Part shown: positions 51,471-62,575 of the stretch, in pieces
How the letters are laid out: every line of letters begins with the position of its first letter
Position numbering within the stretch: position 1 is the stretch's first letter
Origin: Octopus bimaculoides
Taxonomy: Eukaryota
DNA: 64,000 nt
Assembly (NCBI RefSeq): GCF_001194135.2
Contig: NC_068992.1
Span: forward strand, 33,423,715 to 33,487,714
Direction: 5' to 3'
Translations under genes and position numbers: made by a program
Notes under the pieces: model-generated
What the model was told of the DNA's origin: nothing
Database searches by the model: none
Seen by the model: only the letters and a program-made list of their open reading frames with translations

Positions 51471-52884
51471 CATCATCATCATCATCATCGTTTAACGTCC
51501 GCTTTCCATGCTAGCATGGGTTGGACGATTTGACTGAGGACTGGTGAAACCGGATGGCAACACCAGGCTCCAGTCTGATTTGGCAGAGTTTCTACAGCTG
51601 GATGCCCTTCCTAACGCCAACCACTCAGAGAGTGTAGTGGGTGCTTTTACGTGTCACCCGCACGAAAACGGCCACGCTCGAAATGGTGTCTTTTATGTGC
51701 CNNNNNNNNNNNNNNNNNNNNNNNNNNNNNNNNNNNNNNNNNNNNNNNNNNNNNNNNNNNNNNNNNNNNNNNNNNNNNNNNNNNNNNNNNNNNNNNNNNN
51801 NNNNNNNNNNNNNNNNNNNNNNNNNNNNNNNNNNNNNNNNNNNNNNNNNNNNNNNNNNNNNNNNNNNNNNNNNNNNNNNNNNNNNNNNNNNNNNNNNNNN
51901 NNNNNNNNNNNNNNNNNNNNNNNNNNNNNNNNNNNNNNNNNNNNNNNNNNNNNNNNNNNNNNNNNNNNNNNNNNNNNNNNNNNNNNNNNNNNNNNNNNNN
52001 NNNNNNNNNNNNNNNNNNNNNNNNNNNNNNNNNNNNNNNNNNNNNNNNNNNNNNNNNNNNNNNNNNNNNNNNNNNNNNNNNNNNNNNNNNNNNNNNNNNN
52101 NNNNNNNNNNNNNNNNNNNNNNNNNNNNNNNNNNNNNNNNNNNNNNNNNNNNNNNNNNNNNNNNNNNNNNNNNNNNNNNNNNNNNNNNNNNNNNNNNNNN
52201 NNNNNNNNNNNNNNNNNNNNNNNNNNNNNNNNNNNNNNNNNNNNNNNNNNNNNNNNNNNNNNNNNNNNNNNNNNNNNNNNNNNNNNNNNNNNNNNNNNNN
52301 NNNNNNNNNNNNNNNNNNNNNNNNNNNNNNNNNNNNNNNNNNNNNNNNNNNNNNNNNNNNNNNNNNNNNNNNNNNNNNNNNNNNNNNNNNNNNNNNNNNN
52401 NNNNNNNNNNNNNNNNNNNNNNNNNNNNNNNNNNNNNNNNNNNNNNNNNNNNNNNNNNNNNNNNNNNNNNNNNNNNNNNNNNNNNNNNNNNNNNNNNNNN
52501 NNNNNNNNNNNNNNNNNNNNNNNNNNNNNNNNCCATAGCTTGCACCGGGTACATCTTATAGAGTTACTACCTACTCCTTTTCTACATACTGAGCAGGGCC
52601 ATCTACCTGAAGGGGTTTGTGTTTTATCTACCTTCCTACTTATTAGGATTTTGGTTTTAGCTAGGTTGACTCTAAGGCCCTTCAATTCTAGACCTTGCTT
52701 CCACACCTGAAACTTCTCCTCTAGTTCTGATAGTGACTCCGCAATCAGGGCAAGGTCATCAGCATAGAGGAGCTCCCAGGGGCAACCTGTCTTGAACTCC
52801 TCTGTGATTGCCTGGAGGACTATGGTAAATAATAGGGGGCTGAGGACGGAACCTTGGTGGACCCCTACCTCTACCCGGAATTCA
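51471..52884 (-). mobile_element. RTE LINE (gapped) inserted in the Penelope-like element
   Basis: (CAT)n tail and 3'UTR; after the gap VGVHQGSVLSPLLF..CPWELLYADDL..GLRVNLAKTKIL..WPCSVCRKG. Confidence 0.93.
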
Positions 52885-53525
52885 TGCTAAACAAATACCT
52901 ATAGAACAACTTAGAGCAAACTAAGAAAGAGGAATGCAAAAACAAAAACATTGTACCATTTATAATGACACAAAACCCATGTCACCAAAATAACAGTCCT
53001 AACATCAATAAATTAAACTAACCTATCATTAGTCAAAGTAACAAACTAAAGCCTTTAATTACAGATCAAATACTGATTCAAATTAAAAGGCAACCAAAAC
53101 ATTTGAATCAATTATCAACAAAGGCAAAATTTAACCTTAACAACAATGATAAAACATACATAGTGTCCAAATGCACTGACAATCAATATGGTACATGTGA
53201 GTTCAAGCATGCTAGTCAATATATCCATCCAAAAACCAGAAGACTATTTACAAATGCAAATATGAACTGTAAAAGCAGAAAGCTAATCTGCTGCATCAAC
53301 ACCCGAATGTTGAAGAGATATGTATTGACCAGACAGGAAAGTCATTATCAGAAAGCAAATTAGGGTCCCTGATGTTTACCAGATTCTATTAAGCAGCCAT
53401 TTAGGAGTGGGTGATCTGAAAATGTTTATAATATTCTCATTTTACAAAATGTACAACTCATGTGAAGATGAAAGAAGAGTGAGTAAAAGGAATTTTATTG
53501 AGGAATTCAAACCCATCTACATGGA
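52885..53525 (+). mobile_element. Penelope-like element, 3' part (GIY-YIG region, decayed)
   Basis: AKQIPIEQLR, KRQPKHLNQLSTKAKF, VSKC..GTC, NMNCKSRKLICCI, NFIEEFKP. Confidence 0.75.
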
Positions 53526-53624
53526 CAAAAATAATAATGATGTCAATAATTATAGTAGTAATAATTAATGCTAGGAATTTTAGCAATAATATTAAATTCA
53601 TTTAAGGCAGGAATATTAGCTCAA

Positions 53625-53930
53625 TAGTTAGAGCATTGAGCTCACAATCATGAGGTAGTGAGTTTGATTCCTGGACCAGGCTGTGTGTTGTGTTCTTGTA
53701 AGACACTTCATTTCATGTTGCTTCAGTTCATTCACCCATAGAAATGAGTTGTGACATCAATGGTACCAAGCTGTATCAGCCTCTTCCTTTTCCTCGTGTA
53801 ACATCAGAGGTGTGGAGAAGGAAGGCTGGTATGCATGGGTAACTGCTGGTCTTCTATAACCAATTTTGCCTCAGAGGGGAATTTTTTAGGTACAATCCCA
53901 AGGTCATTCATGACCGAAAGGGGTCTTTAG
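53625..53930 (+). mobile_element. tRNA-derived SINE related to 39096-39355
   Basis: TAGCTCAATAGTTAGAGCATTG..GAGTTTGATTCC (A/B-box-like); GTTGTGTTCTTGTAAGACACTTCATTTCATGTTGCTTCAGT shared with the 39 kb SINE. Confidence 0.75.
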
Positions 53931-54421
53931 CCTTTACTGTTTCTAGTAACAAGTGTTTTGCAACATTTTAATATAGCTGAATCCTTTATAGAAGACTTTA
54001 ATTAAAATGTCCCTCGGAATAAGCCCTGTCAATGTCCATTATGTTGGCATGTTCACCAAATCATACTGGGTAAGCTGAATGTTGATTGGTTGAAATGTTT
54101 TTTTTCAAATAAGATAATGTAGATGCTACTTGCATCGGCAGTCCTAACCAGGCCATGATATCTAAGCCATACACTGATTGGTTGAAGTAATGTTTGTAAA
54201 ATACAGCTTGCTGGACTGTACTGGAAAGCATTTAAAAGACAAATTCAAGCAACTCAATGCAGTTATCAATTGTGAAACATAATTGTCAGTTATTGATTGC
54301 AGAGATCATAAAAGTACTTGTATTATTATAAAATGCAACATTATAAACTTGTGAAACATACAAACTAAAACGTAAAAATCTGACTGTGCTGTAATTTCAT
54401 TGATTTAATATATATTAATTA

Positions 54422-54586
54422 GAAAAAATGAATAGAAATGACTTTTCTGATAATTTTCCCACTTTAATAATTAGATGCTTATGAGTTATTAGGGGTTTAC
54501 AAAAGGTGTAAACCCCTAAAAACTTATAAACATTTAATTATTAAAGTGGGAAAATTATCAGAAAAGTCATTTCTATTCATTTTTTC
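54422..54586. repeat. Near-perfect 165-bp palindrome
   Basis: 54422-54501 versus the reverse complement of 54507-54586: 76/80 identical; 5-nt loop AAAGG. Confidence 0.97.
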
Positions 54587-54756
54587 AAATATATGATACT
54601 GTACCAAGGACTTTCTATTTCTTATTCTACTACATATATCTAAAATATATATATACATATACATACAATTTGAATACTACAAAAAATTCTATATATACAC
54701 ACAGTACTCCTTGTATGTATATATATATATGTGTGGGCTGTCTGTGTGTATTTACT

Positions 54757-54766
<10 letters not shown>

Positions 54767-54827
<61 letters not shown>

Positions 54828-54848
54828 ATCTATCTATCAGTCTATACA

Positions 54849-54926
<78 letters not shown>
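54767..54926 (+). repeat. (CTAT)n(CT)n(AT)n compound microsatellite
   Basis: Visible directly. Confidence 0.95.
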
Positions 54927-54929
<3 letters not shown>

Positions 54930-56690
54930 TCATCATCATCATCATCATTGTTTAACGTCAGCTTTCCATGCTAGCATGGGTTGGATGATTTGACTGAGGA
55001 CTGGCAAAACAGATGGCTGCACCAGGCTCCAATCTGATATGGTAGAGTTTGTACACCTAGATGCCCTTCCTAATGCCAACCACTTCAAGAGTGTAGTGGG
55101 TGCTTTTACGTGCCACCGGCACAAGGGCCAATCACGCGGTACTGGCAACGACCATGCTCAAATGGTGTTTTTACATGCCACCTGCACAGGAGTCAGTCCA
55201 GCGGCACTGGCAATGACCTCGCTTGAATGTTTTGTTCACATGCCACCGGCACAAGTGCCAGTAAGGTGATGCTGTTAATGATCACGCTCAAATGCTGCTT
55301 TTTACGTGCCACCGGCAGTGATCCTGCTCAGATGGTGCTGTTAGCGCTCCACTGGCATGGGTGCCAGTCATCGAATTTGGTTCAGTTACGATTTCACTTG
55401 CCCCAACAGGTTTTCGCAAGCAGGGATTTGTGTTCAAAGAAGGAAAGGTACACATAAGTGGGCTGGCTACACCCCTGATAAAGGCCACGTGTTATGGTCT
55501 CACTTGTCTTGCCAGGTCTTCTCACACACAACATATTTCCAAAGGTCTTGGTCACTAATCATTGCTTCGATGAGGCCTAATATTCAAGGTTCGTGCTTTA
55601 CCACCTCATCCCAGGTCTTCCTGGGTCTAACTCTTCCACAGGTACCCACAACTGCTAGGCTGTAGAAGTTTTTCACATAGCTGTCCTCATCCATTCTCGC
55701 CAAATGACCATACCAGTGCAATCGTCTCTCTTGCACACCACAACTGATGCTTCTGACATTACACATCCAGCGGAGCATACTAGCTTCATTCCTTGTGAAC
55801 TTCCACATGTCCTCAGCAGTCACGGCCCATATTTTATTGCCATGTAGCATGGCTGTTCATACACACATGTCATACAGTCTGCCTTTCATTCTGAGCGAGA
55901 GGCCCTTTGTCACCAGCAGAGGTAAGAGATCTCTGAACTTTGCCCAGCTTATTCTTATTCTAGCAACTACACTTTCAGTGCACCCTTCCCTGCTACTGAC
56001 TTGGTCACCTAGATAATGGAAGCTATCAACTACTTCTAGTTTTCCTCCCTGGAATGTAGCAGAAGTTGTTCTCTGCACATTTTCAGTGTGTATTGCTCCT
56101 GAGCACCTGCCACATACAAAAACTATCTTGCAAGTTAGCCTTCCTTTGATGTTGCTGCACCTCTTATGTGTCCATAGTTTGCACTGGGTACATCGTATAC
56201 AGTTTCTACCTACGCCTTTTCTACAAATAGAGCAGGGCCATCTACTAGAAGGGGTTTGTGGTTTGTCTACCTTTCTACTTATTAGGACTTTGGTTTCAGC
56301 TAGATTGACTCAAAGGCCCTTCGATTCTAATCCTTGGTTCCACACCTGAAACTTCTCCTCTAGTTCTGATATTGATTCAGCAATTAGAGCAAGTTCATCA
56401 GCATAGAGGAGCTTCCAGGGGCATCCTGTCTTGAATTCCTGTGTTATTGCCAGGAGAACTATGATAAATAGGAGGAGGCTGAGGACTGAACCTTGGTGCA
56501 CCCCTACCTCTACTCGGAATTCACTGTATTCATTGCCAACCCTCACCTTACTAATGGCATCCCTGTACATGGCTCGCACAGGTCTCACTAACCATTCATC
56601 TATCCCTAGTTTCTTCATTGACCAGCAAATAAGAAATTGGGGGACCCTGTCAAAAGCTTTCTCCATGTCAACGGAAGCCAGGTACACCAA
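54927..56690 (-). mobile_element. RTE LINE, 5'-truncated within RT
   Basis: YLASVDMEKAFDRVP..VGVHQGSVLSLLLF..LLYADELALIA..WPCSICRKG..GRPRKTWDEVVKH; 3'UTR and (CAT)n tail. Confidence 0.95.
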
Positions 56691-58075
56691 CCATGCACTC
56701 CATTTATTCAACTCTTCCTCCTTCCCGCCTGGTCCCTCTAAACTTCTCTTCACTCTCGATATACAGAGCCTTTACACGGTGATCCCTCACCACAAGAGGC
56801 TGTGTGCACTCCAGCATTTCTTTGACCTTCGACCCAACCTCCAACCTGACACATCCACACTCGTTCATCTGGCTTAACTTGTCCTCTCACTCAGCTGGTT
56901 CTTGTTCGCTGGTGATTTTTACCTTGTCAGAAGTGGACATGGGAATGAGAATGGGCCCCAACTATGTGAACCTGTTTATTGGCTATGTTGAGGCCCATAT
57001 ATTCTCAGGTTTCACTGGTCCCAATATACTGGTCCATTATATTGACGATTGTATCGGTACGACCTCACTCTCCTGTTAACATCTAGACTCCTTCCTCTTT
57101 TATGTCAAACCTTTCCATCCTGCCCTCCACTTCTCCTGCACTATCACTGACACTTCTGTCTCCTCTTTTGACATTTCGATCAGCATTCATCACTCCACTC
57201 TCACCACCTCCATCCACTACAAACACACAGACTCACACTCATACTTCAACTTCTCCTCCTCCCATCCTAAACACACCAAGCTCTCCATCCCCTATTCCCA
57301 ATTCCTTTGTCTACGCAGGCTCTGCAATGACAACCGTGACTTTGAGACTCAGTCTCAACTCATGGCTCACTACTTCATCCTACATGGATATCCCCTCACC
57401 ACTATCCACACCGGCCTTGCCAGAACACACTCCATGGACCATGCATCTGCTCTCCCCCCCCCCCGCACTTGTCCTGCCATCTCTCATCTCCCATTTACCT
57501 TCTCCTACCACCCTACCACCCTACCTCTCCAACACACCATTCTCCGAGCCTTCCAGTGACTCCAGTCTGACCCCTCCACTTTGCACATGTTCCATAACTG
57601 ACCCCTCTCTTCTTTCAAACGAGACCTCTTGGTCCACAGCTTCTTCCCTAACCCAACCTCCCAAGCCAGCTCATTCCCCTTCTCCTGCCCATACTGCGCA
57701 CTTGCCCTTACCTCTCCAACACCACCCTCCTCACCAGCACCCATCATCAGCCCTATCATTTCACCGACTCCTTATCCTGCACTTCTAACAATGTCATTTA
57801 CTGCATCTCCTGCTCTCTCTGTCCTTCTCTATACATCAGGCAAACAGGACATCACTTGGCTTACTGGTTTGCGGAACACCTCCGAGACATCCGACTTGGC
57901 AATGACAACGCGGCCTCATGCCATTTCTGCTCTACCGGTCACTCTTTGCAACTCCTGTCCATGTTCGGATTGTCCTTGCACAGGGGCCATATGGACTCCC
58001 GTCTTCGCCGCGAACAGGTATTAATCTTCTCTCTTCACTCCTTTGCACCACATGGGCTCAACTCTCCTCCCCCTT
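56691..58075 (+). mobile_element. Penelope-like retroelement (RT plus GIY-YIG), 5'-truncated
   Basis: TNHAL..LLFTLDIQSLYTVIPH, MGMRMGPNYVNLF, YIDDC, HYKHTDSHSYFNFSSSHPKHTKLSIPYSQF, NNVIYCISC..LYIRQTG..FAEHLRDIR..RREQVLIFSL..PHGLN. Confidence 0.92.
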
Positions 58076-58945
58076 CATCTAACCCTTCTCTCCTCTCCTC
58101 TCACACCTACTTCCTCCCACCCACCTCTCCTCTCTTGCTCCTATTTCTTCTCTTCACTCCTACCCACCTTCTCCCTTCCTCCTCTCCCCTCATTGTCACC
58201 CCTCCCTCGTAACCCCACCCCTACACAATCTAACCCCACCTACCCTNNNNNNNNNNNNNNNNNNNNNNNNNNNNNNNNNNNNNNNNNNNNNNNNNNNNNN
58301 NNNNNNNNNNNNNNNNNNNNNNNNNNNNNNNNNNNNNNNNNNNNNNNNNNNNNNNNNNNNNNNNNNNCATCCCATCCCACCCTCACCCCATCTCTTACAC
58401 CCACTCCCACATGCCCCCTCTACCCCCACATTCAACCTAACCCACACCCCACCCTTTCTTTCCCCACATCCCAACACCACCACACCACACCACATACTAC
58501 CACACCACACACCACCACACCACCCTACCACACAACACCATATCACATCACACCACCTCACACACACTAGCACTGACCACTTCCCACACCCACACCATCA
58601 TCCACATACCTACACATGCACACACACACACACACAGATCAAGGTCACCAGCCCTCTTCCACAAGCACATACATGCTCTCTTATACACATGCACACGCAC
58701 CTTCAATCTATTATCTACTTTATTATCTCCCCTAGTTCCTAGCTCTCCTGTGTGACCCCCACTGTCCAGCATTTACCATGATAGATCACTAGCCATTACA
58801 CATTCTTTATTTTCTCTCCCTGTTTCTTTCTGTGTTCCTTTCTGTGGATGAGCGTAGGCTTGAAATGTTAAAGACTTTTTCACTTCCTGACCATTAAACT
58901 AATACATCTGTTTGTTGTCTACACCAGCTGTCTTCGTCTTTTGTT
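58076..58945 (+). repeat. C-rich low-complexity tract and terminal repeat following the Penelope ORF
   Basis: Strongly C/A-biased tract containing a gap; ends in GAGCGTAGGCTTGAAATGTTAAAGAC..CTAATACATCTGTTTGTT. Assignment as Penelope 3' end is an inference. Confidence 0.5.
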
Positions 58946-61081
58946 TTTTTTTGTGAATTCTCTCCCTATACACACACACACACACATATATATGTATGTA
59001 TGTATGTAATGTATGTATATATACACATTTAATTTGGTAAATAAATAGTGTGTATTAGGTTAATAGTTAGGAAAAATATGAGAAGTCTTTTATTTTAAGT
59101 GCTTATGCTTTTCTATAGTAAGAATAGAGAAGGAAAAACACAAGGGAGAGAGAAAAGAACAAATGTGACTCAATTAGATGATCACCGCATACTGAAATGA
59201 CCAGCAGTAGAAATAGGTTGATAGTGGTATGAGTAGCATGAGGAGCAATGCTGAGGAGTAAACTGAGGTGTGAGTGGCAAGGGGAGCAACTCTGAACTTG
59301 GTTTATATGTGTGTAAGAGGGAGAAAGAGTAAGGGGACTATCTAATCTAATAATGTATTTCTTTTGTTCATTCTCAAACAAACTCAACATATTTTAATGA
59401 TTGGCTAGATCAGTATACACATTCATATTGAGGTGAGGTGAAAAATTCTGATGAGCTGAAATTAATTAGAAACCAAATTTAGGCAATAGAGTGGAGTGTA
59501 AGTCTAATACTAACAGTATAGGGAGAACTCTGAACATGATTTGGTCTCAGTAGACCTCTTCAGCAAACCACAGTCTTTACCAGTACAGCCAAATAAGGAT
59601 GAGGTGAGAGACGTCCTTTTATTATTATGTGGTTTAATAACTTGAAATGTATTGTTGCAAGCCAAGAAATTTTAATTAATTAATATTCAGCTAATAATAA
59701 GGAGAAGCAATTATTAGCTTGCTGATCAATTCTGTATGTTAGCACCAGTCTTGCAATTTGAATTTCATGCTGAGCATATCCATTATATTTTTTGCAATGC
59801 CTGACATGTTTTAAACAGATCTACTATATTATAATTTGTTGTAGTCTTCCCATTCTGTTTGTTGCTCCACTCACTCTTCTAATGCAATGTGCTATCTGAC
59901 ATGCATTGTTCCTACTACTGCTGCCTGATTTCTTGGACTTGTGTGGTAGTCTGATATATTTATTAAATAAATGTTGACTATGAAGCATATAGGATGTAAT
60001 ATAAATATTATTTTATGAAAATCTCTTTCTCTATTCGTTTCTTCCTTTCATTCTACTTCTCTGTCTACTTCCACTTTCTCTTACACTTGGCTACTTTTAT
60101 TTGAGCATAACAATTTTCAAATAAAAACATGCTATAGAAGGAGAGAGTGGGGATAAGAGAAAGAGGGATTTACAATATACTAAATACCAAAAGACTATTT
60201 ATTTTACATCCTAACTGTAATAATTTTATTTGGATATTTATGGAGTCCAAAAAAACATAATGGTCTGCAGCCCATTTTACATTTATCTGTCTACATAACA
60301 TCATCATCATCATCATCATTTTACCATATGTTTTTCTATACTGTCATAAGTTGGGTCTATAGTATGACATGCAAATACTTTTCTGAATCTAGTATCATCT
60401 TGCTTGTGAGACTTATTATCTATAGTTCTGACCTCTCCATTATTTATCACATCTTCATTTGCTATGAGTATCCTCTGCTGACACCACACATCACTTTTTC
60501 ATCCAGCATTTATTGTCTATTTACATCACATGTCCATAGCAACACAGTCATATTTCCTGCATATATTAACTGATGCATCTACTACCCACTCATTCTCTCT
60601 CTCTTCCTCTCCCTCTCTCTCTTATTTGTACTTCAACTTATATTTTATGTAATATTACATCTCTGTCAGTTCATATTTCATTCACTTCTCTTTTGTCACC
60701 ACTGGTCTTTTACATTCTTACACATGGGTAATACATAATTATCAATCTTCCATAATCTGCATGCAAATTAATATAATGTTTTTATCAGAATATAATGCTT
60801 CAGTTTCAAATTGAAAGAAAGTCAGTCTATTTATGGATTAGTCAGCAAAGGAATGGCAGCATCTATAAACTCTTGTTGGAATCTAAGATTGGTAGGGAAA
60901 GGTGGAGCAAACCACTTGACTTATGAGTTACTCTTAATTTGAAGACCTGCTTCAAATTTTCACAACACAATGGACTCTTCTAAAAGCATCCTAACACCAT
61001 ATAGTTGTGTTAAATGGATGACAGATTAAGGCTACTGCCAATATGTTACAGCAATATTATAAACAACACATTGAAGGCAAC

Positions 61082-61275
61082 AAGTTGGCAGAATTGGCAG
61101 AATTGGCAGAATTGGTAGCATACATTTTGAGTTCAAATTCCACTGAGGTTGACTTTGCCTTTCGTCTTTTTGGGGTCAACAACATAAGTACCAGCAGAGT
61201 ACTGGAGCCAATATAATTAACTTACTCCCTTACCCAAAATTGTTGGCTTTGTGCTAAAATTTGAAATCATTATTA
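61082..61275 (+). repeat. Family A SINE-like copy
   Basis: TTGGCAGAA tandem at the head; TTTTGAGTTCAAATTCCACTGAGGTTGACTTTGCC..GGGGTCAAC..AAGTACCAG. Confidence 0.8.
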
Positions 61276-62324
61276 TTAGCAACACATAATCACATTGAAA
61301 TATATTTCTAAATCACTTAGGAAATAATCGCAAATTTTTGTTGTTCATGTTAACTCCCAAGTCACCCCTTATCCAGTGAATGCTGTTTCAGCTATGGCAA
61401 TCCTCATCCTTTTTATTTTTTTGTTTTTCAATCAGTGAGTTTCTAAAACAATATTTCCCCAGTATTTTATATTTTTAAGAGTGTAGTGTAGAACCCAAGA
61501 GATATTTGGTTTCTATTTCTAGACTGTCAGATAACCATATAGATGCTTCTTTGTTAACTTGAATCATAAGTGCACTGGATTGGAACAAATTGTTTAATTT
61601 ATTTGAGCTTCATAAAAAAACAACAACCATCACACAATAACATACTATGAAAAGAAATATTGGGAATAGCAATGCTATGATGTGTCGCAACTTTAACAAA
61701 TCACTGTGATCGCTTCCTTTATCACATTGGACAAAGAAGTTGAATAAGTATCGAATATAGATTTATTAGTTAGATTCTTTTTCATCTTTTTAACTTTTAA
61801 TGTTTTCATTAATGCTTAATGTTTTCATGCTGGGGTAATGCTTTCAAGGATTTTTAGTTGCCTATATTGGCCCCAGTATTTTGTCTGGCAATTATTTCAT
61901 TGTTCTCATAATATATGAAATATTAAGTGGATATTAGTGAAAGTTTTGATAACTCAGTTAGATGCAAATACTGCTGGATACTTCTGTTCAAATGTACCAG
62001 TTCTTGCCTATGCCATTGTAAACATTCCACACGCGCGCACACACACACATTGAAACATTGATGTTCATCATAAAATGCAAGTTACAAATCAATGCTATGG
62101 TAGAAAGATACTACTTAAGATGCCAAAATCTTGAATAACATGGCAGCCAAGTAAACTGCTAAACCATACATTCATGCCTTCATAAAAAATACTAAAATAC
62201 AAACTGTAAAATGCATCAAGTTTCTTAATAGCATTTGTATTCTAATAATCATGAACTGCCCTCCTGGCCTCAGTACAAGCAAATTCTTTACTTTTTTATT
62301 GTCCTCCCCCTCTCCCCCTCCTCC

Positions 62325-62552
62325 TCATCACCATCACCATCACCATCACCATCACCATCACCATCATCATCATCATCATTTAATGTGTGTCATACATGCT
62401 GACATGAGTTGGATGGACTTGACAGGTGCTGGCAAGCCAGAGGACTGCACTAAGTTTCCCTGTCTGGTTTGGCATGGTTTTTACAGGTGACTGATTTACT
62501 TAATGCCAACCACTTTACAAAGTGGACTGGGTGCTTTTCATATGGCGCTAGT
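62325..62552 (-). repeat. RTE-type tail / tail-sharing SINE with (CAT/CAC)n
   Basis: CATTTAATGTG..CATGCTGACATGAGTTGGATG..AATGCCAACCACTTTACA..GGGTGCTTT. Confidence 0.7.
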
Positions 62553-62575
62553 ACTTTTTATTATTATTATTATTC

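Noticed and set aside
55110-55375. Regularly spaced repeats resembling a CRISPR array
   Set aside because: Imperfect tandem units inside an RTE 3'UTR; no unique spacers, no cas genes, eukaryotic context.
58076-58640. G-rich minus strand as a possible G-quadruplex or telomere-like array
   Set aside because: Irregular low-complexity tract with a gap; no TTAGGG array.
59447-59480. CTGATGA...GAAAC hammerhead-like words; also CTGATGA at 13.6, 16.2, 35.8 and 40.3 kb
   Set aside because: No paired stem II or stem I around the motifs.
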